A stretch of DNA of 64,000 nucleotides, taken from Nitrospiraceae bacterium. Its GTDB lineage: Bacteria > Nitrospirota > Nitrospiria > Nitrospirales > Nitrospiraceae. The stretch lies in contig JBFWWG010000005.1 of assembly GCA_050246315.1 (NCBI GenBank), positions 96,001 to 160,000 of the forward strand, written 5' to 3'. The notes under the pieces are model-generated. The model worked only from the letters and a program-made list of their open reading frames with translations. It was not told the DNA's origin and made no database searches. Position 1 is the first letter of the stretch, and each line of letters starts with the position of its first letter. The position numbers were made by a program, and so were the translations under genes. Positions 46,582-56,567 of the stretch are shown piece after piece.

Positions 46582-47043
46582 TTATTTGGTGAGAATGAGC
46601 ACGCCCTTGGATTGAGCACTACCGCCGCCGGCGACGACGACCACGAAGGTCATGCCGTTCTTCATCTCCGGCACCGTCGCCTCGATGGTCGATTCGTTCA
46701 CCAAGGTGTATTTGACGTCGGTTTTCGAGGCTGCGCTGAAAGAAACGCCGTGGAAGCATTCTTTCGTGCCGAAGTTCTCTCCCTTGATCGTTACCATGTC
46801 GCCGGGTTTGACCTCGTCCGGCTCGACTTTCATGATTCTGGGTCGCTTGGATCGATCGCACACCGGATCTTTCTGGATCTTGGTCTCGTCGAACCCCTTG
46901 ATCGATTCGACGTCGAAGAGGGTGAAGCCCGCACCCTCCGTCATTTGTCCCTCCTTTTCCTGCTCAGCACCCAACAGGAGTGAGGGAGCGATGAGGAGTC
47001 CTCCAAGCACCGGTCCGGCCAATGTCAGGAGCATGCGCCGCAT
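46582..47043 (-). CDS. Exported IPT/TIG domain protein
   Basis: Signal peptide; PRIMKVEPDEVKPGDMVTIKGENFG..TIEATVP. Confidence 0.82.
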   Translation of the reverse strand: MRRMLLTLAGPVLGGLLIAPSLLLGAEQEKEGQMTEGAGFTLFDVESIKGFDETKIQKDPVCDRSKRPRIMKVEPDEVKPGDMVTIKGENFGTKECFHGVSFSAASKTDVKYTLVNESTIEATVPEMKNGMTFVVVVAGGGSAQSKGVLILTK

Positions 47044-47060
47044 ACGAGTTCCTCCTTGCG

Positions 47061-47987
47061 TTATGATTTCGATTCAGCCCCGAGCGGGGTATAAAGTTCG
47101 TCGATGATTTTCTGGCCGGCCGCAGAAAGGCAGAACTCTTCGAAGGCCTGCACGAGCGGTGGAGCCTCTTTAGCTGACAACAAGAGCACGGGCCGTCGCA
47201 ATTTGTAGCGGCCATCTTTCACCGTCGGCTCTTCCGGTTCAATCTTGTCGATGGCCAGAAGACGAATGGCCACACCGGAACGCACCGCAGCCAACGCCTG
47301 CTCCAGGGACACATAAGAGACGGCCGAGCTCGGTGGAAGGGTGCCGACCACCTTTTTGATCACCTTGTCGTCGCGGCTGATGGTCGTGGCCGAGTTGGGG
47401 ATCTTGCCCGCGATGCCCAATTGCTCCTCGAACGCATCACGGACGTTTTCGTATCTCGGTCGATCGATCAACAGAATTTTCGTATCCGGTCCTCCGAGTT
47501 CCGACCAGAAGGAGTACTTCCCGCTGAAGAGTTCGCCGATCTGTCGCCATGTCATGTCTTTGGTCGTATTGGAGAGGTGCACGACGATGCCGATCCCGTC
47601 CCAGGCAATCTGGGTGGAACGCAGCTCCGGATCAGCCGTTCCCGTCACGGCGATCTGGGCCTCACCGCTCCTCACGATTTCGGCTGGCTTGGAATTCTTA
47701 TCCCAGAGCAAGTCGAGATAGACCCCCGGAGCGTGTCGCTCAAATGCCCTTGCCAACAATTCGAACAGCGGCTGCTCCGGGCCGTTGCCGGCGATGGTCA
47801 GATTGCCTCGTAGGTCCGCACCGCGAATCGGGTCGATCGGTATGACGACGAAGGATACCAGGCAAACAGCCGCCGCGATCAAGTGAATGATGCGACGGTT
47901 GGGGAACGGGGATCGGGATACAGGGGGGTGGCTCTGCCGGAACCAGGCAGAGGAGGTCGGGTCGTGCTGCATGTCGTGCGGCGTCAT
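47061..47987 (-). CDS. PstS-like periplasmic binding protein
   Basis: IAWDGIGIVVH, FSGK..WSELGG.D..I, GRYKLRRP. Confidence 0.85.
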   Translation of the reverse strand: MTPHDMQHDPTSSAWFRQSHPPVSRSPFPNRRIIHLIAAAVCLVSFVVIPIDPIRGADLRGNLTIAGNGPEQPLFELLARAFERHAPGVYLDLLWDKNSKPAEIVRSGEAQIAVTGTADPELRSTQIAWDGIGIVVHLSNTTKDMTWRQIGELFSGKYSFWSELGGPDTKILLIDRPRYENVRDAFEEQLGIAGKIPNSATTISRDDKVIKKVVGTLPPSSAVSYVSLEQALAAVRSGVAIRLLAIDKIEPEEPTVKDGRYKLRRPVLLLSAKEAPPLVQAFEEFCLSAAGQKIIDELYTPLGAESKS

Positions 47988-48313
47988 CCCCCGGTCGGCG
48001 TGGAACTCGGTGCGCTGCTGGAGTCGGAGTCCGACCCAAAGGTTAGGTTGGGGGCTGGCATGTCGCGCATTCCGGACACGGGAGGCAGCTTTGCGAATTT
48101 CGCCATGCGCTCGTTGAGCATGTCATAGGCCTTCATTTCTTTGAAGCCGGGCTTATGCGAGCCGACGACCTTGGAGGCGAATGAGGACATCAAGCGTGTG
48201 GCGCGTTTCACCTTGCACTTCGGACAGGCTGTATCTTCCACGCGCGCCCAGGTCGGCTGCACAGCCTCAAATCGTTCCTGGCAGTTCTCACAATGATATT
48301 CGTAGAGCGGCAT
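47984..48313 (-). CDS. FmdB family Zn-ribbon protein
   Basis: MPLYEYHCENCQERFE..CPKC..RLMS. Confidence 0.9.
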   Translation of the reverse strand: MPLYEYHCENCQERFEAVQPTWARVEDTACPKCKVKRATRLMSSFASKVVGSHKPGFKEMKAYDMLNERMAKFAKLPPVSGMRDMPAPNLTFGSDSDSSSAPSSTPTGG

Positions 48314-48492
48314 GGGCGGCCTCGTGTTGTGTGATCTCGCGATGAACAGGGCGGTCGCTCAAGCGAATCGTCTCAGTGCTACACCGTCTGAACCAGCTTG
48401 ACCCTGCCTCAAGAATTGCACTATTGTAGCACACTTTATGCACTGGGGGAGCCCCCTGTTTCATGGGCGCTGAGCGAAGGAGGAGTGTGTAC

Positions 48493-48669
48493 ATGCCAGT
48501 CTTGATTCGGCGGTATAAGGCATCCGGTGGGTTCATGCAAGAGGAACGAATTGATGACGAGGATCGCATCGAGCGGTACATGAGACTGTTCGAGAAGGAC
48601 GACGTGAAAAAGCTGGAAACCGGCGTCAAGGTGTTTATCGAGAAGGACGAATGGCAGTTACTCCCATAA
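48493..48669 (+). CDS. Small hypothetical protein
   Basis: Strong RBS aggagga; 58-aa charged ORF. Confidence 0.7.
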   Translation: MPVLIRRYKASGGFMQEERIDDEDRIERYMRLFEKDDVKKLETGVKVFIEKDEWQLLP

Positions 48670-48706
48670 ACGACTCTCCCGAAGGTGTTGTTGCGGAGGG
48701 TTCGTC

Positions 48707-48910
48707 ATGATGTATTGGGTCCACATTGCCCGCTCGATTGATCGAGCGACCCTCCATCGTGATCGATGCGCCGAAGTACCTTCCACCCCGACCAAGTCGG
48801 ATGTTTGGGAAGGAGGATGGTTCGACTATCCGGACAAGGAGCGAGCGCTCCTCGCGATGGAACAGGCCGGTACCACCTTCACCCGGCGTTGCACATTGTG
48901 CAAGCCGTAA
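48707..48910 (+). CDS. Small hypothetical protein, possible metal binding (H..C ... CTLCKP)
   Basis: RBS ggagg; 67 aa. Confidence 0.7.
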   Translation: MMYWVHIARSIDRATLHRDRCAEVPSTPTKSDVWEGGWFDYPDKERALLAMEQAGTTFTRRCTLCKP

Positions 48911-48955
48911 TCGGCGTGTCGGGCTTGCCGGCCATACGCCGGACCTGTCGGGGTC

Positions 48956-49828
48956 ATGCCGCAGTTAGCTCTTTTGGCCACGACGATTGTGTGGGGTGCG
49001 ACCTTTCCTGCGACCAAGGCGGCTCTCGCGCAACTGCCGCCGCTCTCCTTTCTCTTCATGCGGTTTCTGCTGGGCGCACTTCTGGCGGTGGCGGCCGCCT
49101 GGGCGATGGGCTATCGCCTCGAGCGGAATTCGGCGGTGCTCCGGATGGCCGCGATCGCCACCGTCTGGCTCAGTCTCGGCTATTTCTGTCAAACGGTCGG
49201 GTTACACTACACGACCGCCTCCAACTCGGCCTTTATTACCGTGCTCTATGTGGTGTTCGTGCCGATATTTCTCCGTCGGTTCAGTCTGGTTACCTGGATA
49301 GCCGTGGGATTGGCTCTGACGGGACTTTTTTGCCTGGTGAAGCCGACCGTCTCCATCAATCTCGGCGACCTGCTCAATCTCGCCTGTGCCGCAGCGTTCG
49401 CGGCGCATATCGCCTGCCTCGAACAGTTTACGAGAACCGGACAGTCCGTGTCGTTATTTCTCTGGCAGATGATTCTCATGAGCCTCGTGATGGCGCTGGG
49501 ATCGGTGAGCGAGTCGCCGGAAGCGGAGGCCTTCAGGCCTTCGCCGGTGTTGATGACCGGCCTCACCGTCACGGGTGTGCTTGCCACCGGCGCCTTCGCC
49601 GTGCAGATGTGGGCGCAGCGCGTTGTGCCGGCACACCAGGTGGCGCTGATTTTTGCCCTGGAACCGGCGTGTGCCGCATGGCTGTCCTCGCTGTTTCTTG
49701 GAGAGGAGTTGGATAGACTGGGGTGGGTCGGGAGCGGGTGTATTCTGATTGCGACCCTGTTGGGGACGCTCTGGGGTCGTGAATCCGACTCGATCAAGGA
49801 GTCGGCAGCCGGTTTGCCGACGAAATAG
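48956..49828 (+). CDS. DMT/EamA family transporter
   Basis: VWGATFPATK, QTVGL.YTTASNSAFIT, IFALEP. Confidence 0.93.
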   Translation: MPQLALLATTIVWGATFPATKAALAQLPPLSFLFMRFLLGALLAVAAAWAMGYRLERNSAVLRMAAIATVWLSLGYFCQTVGLHYTTASNSAFITVLYVVFVPIFLRRFSLVTWIAVGLALTGLFCLVKPTVSINLGDLLNLACAAAFAAHIACLEQFTRTGQSVSLFLWQMILMSLVMALGSVSESPEAEAFRPSPVLMTGLTVTGVLATGAFAVQMWAQRVVPAHQVALIFALEPACAAWLSSLFLGEELDRLGWVGSGCILIATLLGTLWGRESDSIKESAAGLPTK

Positions 49829-49838
49829 AGAGACACCG

Positions 49839-50306
49839 ATGGCGCAGAAATTCGGAAATGGACGGTGGGTACGCGAGGGCTTCCTCGACAATCGTATCCC
49901 CGGACTCGTCGTCGGCCGGATCTATCTCGCGGGGATCGAGTGGGTCGATCTTTGCCTTACCGGAGATTTCAAAGACGACATCGTCGGCCATGCCATTCTG
50001 CTCAGGAACAGCCGGTATGAGGATGATGCCATGGCCGAACAGGTCCTAGCCGATTTTGAGGTGCCGCAAATCGGGACGGTGAGCCTGATCTCGTTCGATC
50101 CTCATCCGCTCCTCCAACCCCATCCTTACATCGAATGGTTCTCCGATCGAAAGAATCACTACCGGATCGAACTGGAGACGGGCGATGCCTGGGTTGTGAC
50201 GTCCGATCAAGCCAGCGACCTCGACGGCGATAGCCGGCGGATACGAGAAAGCTTGACCAGCTCCCGCCCCGCAGGCGCCGCAGAGGACGATTCTGAGTGG
50301 GTGTAG
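49839..50306 (+). CDS. Hypothetical protein
   Basis: MAQKFGNG.. follows the DMT gene by 10 bp; protein-like composition. Confidence 0.75.
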   Translation: MAQKFGNGRWVREGFLDNRIPGLVVGRIYLAGIEWVDLCLTGDFKDDIVGHAILLRNSRYEDDAMAEQVLADFEVPQIGTVSLISFDPHPLLQPHPYIEWFSDRKNHYRIELETGDAWVVTSDQASDLDGDSRRIRESLTSSRPAGAAEDDSEWV

Positions 50307-50348
50307 GGCCGCTGGTAGGCGGCGGAAACCGAGTTGGGTGTGAGACCG

Positions 50349-51338
50349 TTAGACCGCGACTGCCTCTTCCTGCGGCCGTGAATCCCGGACATGGGCCGGG
50401 ACGGGTCGCAGATCCCAGATCAATCCGCACCACGACATGGCCTTCAAAATGTAATAGGAGATGTCGATTTCCCACCAATAGAAGCCCTGTCGCGCCGAGG
50501 CTGGATAATAATGATGGTTGTTGTGCCAGCCCTCGCCGAAGGTGATAAGGGCGAGAAAGAAATTGTTCCGGCTGAAATCTCCGGTCTCATACCGCCTCGA
50601 ACCCCAGCGGTGAGCGAGCGAATTGATCGTATAGGTGCAGTGGCTAACGAGTACGGTCGAAAGAAAGAACCCGACGATCAACATCTGCATGCCCGATGTA
50701 CCCAGTTCCGGCCACAGTGCGTTCAGGCCGACCCCCAAGAAGAAGGTGAGCGTACCGAGTGCGATCGGGATGAGAAGGTCGAAGCGATCGAGCCAGCGAA
50801 GTTCGGGGTATTTGGCCAGATCGTTAACGGCCTTCACGTCGGTCGGTCCGTTGATCGGAGCCAAAAACCAACCGGTGTGGCTCCAGAGAAAACTGTTCGT
50901 AATCGGCGAATGAACGTCCGATTGTTGATCCGACACGCGATGATGCTTGCGATGGTGTGCCGCCCACCACAGTGGGCCGCGCTGCACGGCTGAGGCCCCG
51001 GCCAGCCCGAACAGGAATTGACAGACGCGAGACGTTTTGAAGGTTCGGTGGGAAAAATACCGATGGTAGAAGCCGGTGATGGCGAACATGCGAAGGCCGT
51101 ACAGGAACATGGCCACCAGCACCGCCGGCCAGCTCAGGCCGACCCAAAATATGCCGAGACACATGAGGTGCATGATGATAAATGGAACGGCTTGTATCCA
51201 ATCGACCCGGTAGGGATCCTGCTTCGGATTCAGATGCTTGGGTTGCCAGGAGTCAAACAAATACACCGGAATGCGTAGGATCGACCAGATGCCTTGCGTG
51301 AGCTGTGTGATCATTCGTTGTCTCCCATGCTCTCTCAT
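50349..51338 (-). CDS. Acyl-CoA/acyl-lipid delta-9 desaturase
   Basis: His boxes HRYFSH, HRKHH, HNNHH; start may be 51314. Confidence 0.95.
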   Translation of the reverse strand: MREHGRQRMITQLTQGIWSILRIPVYLFDSWQPKHLNPKQDPYRVDWIQAVPFIIMHLMCLGIFWVGLSWPAVLVAMFLYGLRMFAITGFYHRYFSHRTFKTSRVCQFLFGLAGASAVQRGPLWWAAHHRKHHRVSDQQSDVHSPITNSFLWSHTGWFLAPINGPTDVKAVNDLAKYPELRWLDRFDLLIPIALGTLTFFLGVGLNALWPELGTSGMQMLIVGFFLSTVLVSHCTYTINSLAHRWGSRRYETGDFSRNNFFLALITFGEGWHNNHHYYPASARQGFYWWEIDISYYILKAMSWCGLIWDLRPVPAHVRDSRPQEEAVAV

Positions 51339-51835
51339 TCAGACAGAGGCACAACCCGACTCGCACTCTGTTACACAGGGGCGCCAGATCTGTGGCGATG
51401 GACCCAATCAATCAAGGGGGGCCACGTAACGGGCAGCGGTCACCTGGATGTGGTGAACGGCGGTCTTCGACACAATTGGGGCATTTATACAGGACGGCAG
51501 GCTGAAGTCAATCCCCTTTCCTCTGTTTCGACGAAAAAAGTCCTCATAGCCCCTTGTGTTATGGGTCTGTGGGATGAAGGAGCAAGTCCGAACCGGGCTC
51601 CTGTTTGTCATCATACCATGACTCGAATGGGATGTGAGTGGGTCTATGCCCGGCTTCTCTCACGAGCATAGGATGGGGGAACAAGTTGATCCAGCAATAT
51701 ATGAGAACCGCGCACGGGAGCGGCGTCTGCTCATGGTGCGAAGCCGGTTCTGCCCGTTTGGACTCGACACGATGACATGCTGAATTGACTCGCCAACGGC
51801 GCACTCACTAGAATGCGCCTGGGAGCTCGCAGGCC

Positions 51836-52870
51836 ATGCCAGTGATGAATGATCGATTCTTGAAAGCCTGTCGCCGAGAGGCGGTGGATTGCACTCCGGT
51901 CTGGTTTATGCGCCAGGCAGGCCGGTACATGCCCGAGTATCAGAAAATTCGAACGCGGCATTCCATCCTGGAAGTCTGCAAGACTCCGGAGTTGGCCGCC
52001 GAGGTGACCCTCCAACCGATCGAGCGGTTTCCGCTCGATGCCGCCATTATCTTCGCCGATATTTTGTTACCGCTGGAGGCAATGGGGTTGTCGCTCGAAT
52101 TCGCCGAGGGAGAAGGGCCGGTCATTCATAATCCGGTTCGTGACCGAACCGGTGTGGATCGGCTTCGCGTGACCGATGGCGCGGGCCTGGCCTATGTGGC
52201 GGATGCCGTACGGGAGGCGCGCCGAGCGCTCCATGACCGGGTTCCGTTGATCGGATTCGCCGGCGCGCCGTTCACCCTGGCCAGTTACGCGATCGAGGGA
52301 GGCGGGTCTCGCAACTACATTCTGACCAAACAGTTCATGTATCGCGAACCGGAGGCCTGGCATCGGCTCTTGGACAAGTTGGCGAGGGAGGTCACCGGGT
52401 ACCTTCGACAACAGATTCGTGAAGGCGCGCAGGCCATCCAATTGTTCGATAGTTGGGTCGGTTGCCTTTCCCCAAACGACTATGCCGAGTATGTGCTCCC
52501 TCACGTTCAAGTGATCTTCGAAGGATTGAAACGGGAGAACGTGCCGCTCATCCATTTTGGAACCGGAACCAGCACGTTGCTCCGATTGATGCGGGATGCG
52601 GGGGGGACGGTGATTGGATTGGACTGGCGCGTGCCGTTGGACGAAGGATGGGCGATGCTCGGGCCTGAGGTGGCCGTGCAGGGAAACCTCGACCCGGTAG
52701 CGCTCTTCGCGCCATTTGGCGAGATCGAGCGGCGGGTGGAAGACATTCTCCGGCGGGCAGGCGGTCGTCCAGGCCATATCTTCAATCTTGGTCATGGAAT
52801 CCTTCCCGGCACGCCGATGGAGCATGTTGCTGCGGCGATCGACATGGTGCATAAGCTTAGTCAGCGGTAA
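51836..52870 (+). CDS. hemE: Uroporphyrinogen decarboxylase
   Basis: PVWFMRQAGRY, IGFAGAPFTLASY, QGNLDP, FNLGHG. Confidence 0.98.
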   Translation: MPVMNDRFLKACRREAVDCTPVWFMRQAGRYMPEYQKIRTRHSILEVCKTPELAAEVTLQPIERFPLDAAIIFADILLPLEAMGLSLEFAEGEGPVIHNPVRDRTGVDRLRVTDGAGLAYVADAVREARRALHDRVPLIGFAGAPFTLASYAIEGGGSRNYILTKQFMYREPEAWHRLLDKLAREVTGYLRQQIREGAQAIQLFDSWVGCLSPNDYAEYVLPHVQVIFEGLKRENVPLIHFGTGTSTLLRLMRDAGGTVIGLDWRVPLDEGWAMLGPEVAVQGNLDPVALFAPFGEIERRVEDILRRAGGRPGHIFNLGHGILPGTPMEHVAAAIDMVHKLSQR

Positions 52871-52874
52871 CGAG

Positions 52875-52957
52875 CGTCATGCGTCAACTGTCACTCGATG
52901 GAAAGGCTGGATTGTGGTTCGCTATCGAGGGACGAGTGACGACTGACGAATGACGAG
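52875..52957. repeat. Inverted pair of heptamer arrays in the hemE-hemH spacer
   Basis: gcgtcatgcgtcaactgtcactcg ... cgagtgacgactgacgaatgacg. Confidence 0.75.
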
Positions 52958-52966
52958 GCGTTCACC

Positions 52967-53911
52967 ATGCCTGGACCACAACAACCGATCGCGGTTCTCC
53001 TCATGGCGATGGGAGGCCCGGATTGTCTGGAGAATGTGGAGCCCTACCTCAAAGAGGTGCGGGGAGGCCGTTCAACTGCCCCGGAGTTGGTCGAGGAGAT
53101 CAGGGAACGGTATCGGGTGACGGGTGGGCACTCGCCGGTCCTGGCAGTCACCAAACAGGTGGCGGGAGAGCTTGAGATCCGGCTGAATCGGTTGGGTGGA
53201 TCAGCTTACCGGGTATATGTCGGGCTCCGACATTGGCATCCCTTCATCAAGGACACCTTCGCGGAATTGCTATCCGAACGACCGGAGCAGGTCATCGCGA
53301 TCTGCATGGCGCCGCAGTATTCCAGCCTGAGCATCGACACCTACATACAAAGGGTCGAGGAGGCTCGGACATCACTGGGGGCCGAGTGTCCGGTCAGTTA
53401 TGTGAAGAGCTGGCATCGACATCCCGGCCTGATTGCCGCGATTGCCGAGAATGTGAAGTCCGGCCTCCAAAGCTTTCCAATCGAGCGTCGCAGCACGGTG
53501 CCGATCCTGTTCACGGCCCACAGCCTGCCGGAACGGATTCTGGAGATGAAGGATCCTTATCCGGACGAGGTTCGGGGCACCATGGAGGCGGTCTGTGCGC
53601 TGGTGCATCAACCGGTCGTCCGACTGGCCTACCAGAGCCAGGGTCGGACCGCTGAAAAATGGTTGGGACCGTCGGTTGAAACCATTCTTGAAGAATTGTA
53701 TGCCGAGGGCCATCGAGACCTGTTGGTCGCTCCGATCGGTTTCCTGTGCGACCATGTCGAAGTGTTGTTCGATCTCGACATCGAGCTGAAGCAAGCGGCC
53801 GCTGCCAAGCAGATGCGCCTGGAGCGGATGCCTATGCTGAACGCCTCTCCGGCCTTGGTCGACACGCTGCTCTCCGTCGTGCAGGCACACCAAGCGGTAG
53901 CGGCCGCGTAA
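52967..53911 (+). CDS. hemH: Ferrochelatase
   Basis: LLMAMGGP, PQYS, FTAHSLP, WLGP, PIGFLCDHVEVLFDLD. Confidence 0.97.
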   Translation: MPGPQQPIAVLLMAMGGPDCLENVEPYLKEVRGGRSTAPELVEEIRERYRVTGGHSPVLAVTKQVAGELEIRLNRLGGSAYRVYVGLRHWHPFIKDTFAELLSERPEQVIAICMAPQYSSLSIDTYIQRVEEARTSLGAECPVSYVKSWHRHPGLIAAIAENVKSGLQSFPIERRSTVPILFTAHSLPERILEMKDPYPDEVRGTMEAVCALVHQPVVRLAYQSQGRTAEKWLGPSVETILEELYAEGHRDLLVAPIGFLCDHVEVLFDLDIELKQAAAAKQMRLERMPMLNASPALVDTLLSVVQAHQAVAAA

Positions 53912-53918
53912 TCCCCCC

Positions 53919-55370
53919 GTGGCACCGGGTCTTCACACAGTTGTGGTCGTGGGCGGAGGCATTGCAGGCCTTTCCGCAGCCTTCGAACTCACCAAAGAGG
54001 CGAAGCGCCGCAATCTGGCTCTCGCCTGTCGGGTGCTGGAATCCGCCCCAACCTGGGGCGGGAAGATCGTGACGCATCGGGCCGGAGGTCTGCTCATCGA
54101 GGCCGGGCCCGATTCGTTCCTTTCTCAGAAGCCCTGGGCTATGGACTTGTGCCGGGAGCTTGGGCTCGGTGACCAACTCATCAACACCAACGACGAGCAT
54201 CGCAAGACCTACGTGTATTCTCAGAGGCGGCTCCGCGAACTGCCCGAGGGGTTGGTCGTCATCGTGCCGAGTAAGTTGGGGCCGTTTCTGCAGAGCGGCC
54301 TCCTCTCGTGGAGCGGACTGGCCCGCATGGGATTGGAATGCGTCGTGCCACGCAGGCAGGCCGGCGCCGATGAATCGCTCAGCGGGTTTTTTCGACGTCG
54401 ATTCGGTCAGGAGGCGACGGATCGCTTGATCGAGCCGCTGATGGCCGGGATCTACGCCGGTGATGCGACGCAAATGAGCATCCAGGCGACCTTCCCGAGG
54501 TTTCCCGAGTTGGAACAGCAATGCGGCAGCCTGATCCGGGGTCTCTTGGCCAAGCGTTCGTCCGGACCGGCACCGGCCAATGGGCGGCCGAAGCCCTCGT
54601 TGTTCGTAACGCTCCGGCATGGGTTGAGCGGTTTAGTCGAGGCGCTTGTCGAACGGCTCACCTCCGCCGGCGTCGGATTGCAGACGGGCGTGGCGGTCGA
54701 GGCGCTGCGAGTGCGGTCTCGTGAGATGGGTCGATGGGTTTACGATCTGATGTTGTCAGATGGGACCAGGGTAGCCGCAGATGCCGTGATTCTGGCGGTT
54801 CCGGCCTTCGCGTCCGCCGATCTGGTCCGGGCTCTGAGCCCATCCTCAGGAGCCTTGTTGGATCTGATCCCCTATGCCTCGACGGCGACGATTTCATTGG
54901 CGTACGCTGAGCCGGAGCTACGGTCGGTGATTCAGGGATTCGGATTTGTCGTGCCTCGCGTTGAAGAACGGCCTTTGCTGGCCGCTACCTGGACCTCGCT
55001 CAAGTGGGTGGATCGGGCGCCAGCCGGACAGGCGTTGGTACGATGCTATCTCGGTGGGATCGGCAGGGAGGCGGGCTTGGCCGGGAGCGACGATGATCTC
55101 GTCAGGCGGTCGCGGGCGGAGTTGGCCGACCTGGCCGGAATCCGGGCTCAGCCGACCTATGTCGAAGTGAACCGCTGGCATCGCGGCATGCCTCAATACA
55201 CCGTGGGGCATCTGGACCGACTGAACCAAATCGAGGCCGGTTTGAGCCGCTATCCCGGTCTTGTTCTGACGGGGGCGGCCTATCGCGGCATCGGAATTCC
55301 CGATTGCATTCGCGAAGGACAGGCGAGCGCGGGGCGGATTGCGGACTATCTGGGCGGTAAGCGGAATTGA
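53919..55370 (+). CDS. hemY: HemY-type FAD-dependent proto/coproporphyrinogen oxidase
   Basis: GGGIAGL, EAGPDSF, EPLMAGIYAGD, MPQYTVGH, GIGIPDCI. Confidence 0.95.
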   Translation: MAPGLHTVVVVGGGIAGLSAAFELTKEAKRRNLALACRVLESAPTWGGKIVTHRAGGLLIEAGPDSFLSQKPWAMDLCRELGLGDQLINTNDEHRKTYVYSQRRLRELPEGLVVIVPSKLGPFLQSGLLSWSGLARMGLECVVPRRQAGADESLSGFFRRRFGQEATDRLIEPLMAGIYAGDATQMSIQATFPRFPELEQQCGSLIRGLLAKRSSGPAPANGRPKPSLFVTLRHGLSGLVEALVERLTSAGVGLQTGVAVEALRVRSREMGRWVYDLMLSDGTRVAADAVILAVPAFASADLVRALSPSSGALLDLIPYASTATISLAYAEPELRSVIQGFGFVVPRVEERPLLAATWTSLKWVDRAPAGQALVRCYLGGIGREAGLAGSDDDLVRRSRAELADLAGIRAQPTYVEVNRWHRGMPQYTVGHLDRLNQIEAGLSRYPGLVLTGAAYRGIGIPDCIREGQASAGRIADYLGGKRN

Positions 55371-55436
55371 CCAATGTCTCGTTTGCAGGCTGCACCCGTA
55401 GTCGGTGGTAGAGAGTTCAAGAGGATGGAGTGACTC

Positions 55437-55850
55437 ATGGCCGAACCGTTCAGCATACTGAATGTCAGCGGGCCCTTTCGAGAACCAAGGGAGCCCGCGT
55501 TTTCTTACGACTATTCGATTCAACGGCCGACATGGCCGACACCCCATGCCGTCCGGGTCAAGATCGGCATTCCCAATGAATTGGACCCGATCAAGCAACG
55601 TCTCTTGGGAGCGGTCCAGGGCACGGCGGGACAACAGGTCGTGCTGAATACCACGCTCACTCGCCGGATCGCCGACTTTAAGCTCCGGCTTGCCAACGAA
55701 GAGGGGCTCTTGGGGGGGCGCCAGGATGCGTTGGTGGCGCAATTCAGCGGGCCGTTGGCGTATCTCTACTCAAAGCTGGAGGCCTGGGCCACGGAACAAG
55801 AGGAAGCGTTGAGAGAGGAAATTCGAGATCGGACAAAGCTCAATTTTTAG
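55437..55850 (+). CDS. Hypothetical protein
   Basis: 137 aa, RBS ggag, co-oriented with the hem genes. Confidence 0.75.
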   Translation: MAEPFSILNVSGPFREPREPAFSYDYSIQRPTWPTPHAVRVKIGIPNELDPIKQRLLGAVQGTAGQQVVLNTTLTRRIADFKLRLANEEGLLGGRQDALVAQFSGPLAYLYSKLEAWATEQEEALREEIRDRTKLNF

Positions 55851-55889
55851 CGATCGCGAGTCAAGATCGAGGCGGGATCCCGCGGTGGG

Positions 55890-56567
55890 TTAGAAAATCG
55901 GCTTGTAGTTTCTTGAGTGGATACCGGACTCATCGGCGAATCCCAAGGAGGCCCGGTCGGGGTGGTCGGTGTTGTTCAAGTTGATCTGGTACCGGCCTCG
56001 AACCCGCTCCATGGCTTCCTCAAACGGGACAGCCGACGGATAGAGGCCGCCGGGGGCATGGGCGCCGAGGGCCAGAGTTCCAACCACGTCCGGCCTCGCG
56101 TAGGTCGGATCGCTGAACAGGTAGATGTCAGCGATCGCATGGTCTCCAAGCGTATTGCCGGGCGTGGTCGCCGGAAGCAGGCTGGTGAGGCTGTTGTCCA
56201 TCCGCTTGGAGTGAAAATCGCGTAAGAGGCTGATGATCTGACTGCTGGTCGCCTCCGGCGGAATAATCAGACTGATGGCCTTGTATTCGGGAACCGTGGC
56301 ATGAACGCGGAAGATCACCGCGCTCGCCCCGTCGTCCAGATGACTACTGCCGATTTCCGGTTTGCCCAGTGAGGCATCCGGCCGGTCCCTCTTGTTCCCA
56401 GGCGCGAAGACGAAAAATATCAGTATCCATAACCCGAAGATGACGGAAAATACCACGACGAGCGGGTGGGCTCCCGCGCGCTTGCCTTCCTCATAGTGGT
56501 AGTGGCCCAGGGGAGGCGGGGAATCCTGTGCATCGGTTGGATCGCGCTGATTCTGCTGCTCCGTCAT
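55890..56567 (-). CDS. Hypothetical single-pass membrane protein
   Basis: One N-terminal TM helix; ATGA overlap with mazG. Confidence 0.75.
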   Translation of the reverse strand: MTEQQNQRDPTDAQDSPPPLGHYHYEEGKRAGAHPLVVVFSVIFGLWILIFFVFAPGNKRDRPDASLGKPEIGSSHLDDGASAVIFRVHATVPEYKAISLIIPPEATSSQIISLLRDFHSKRMDNSLTSLLPATTPGNTLGDHAIADIYLFSDPTYARPDVVGTLALGAHAPGGLYPSAVPFEEAMERVRGRYQINLNNTDHPDRASLGFADESGIHSRNYKPIF

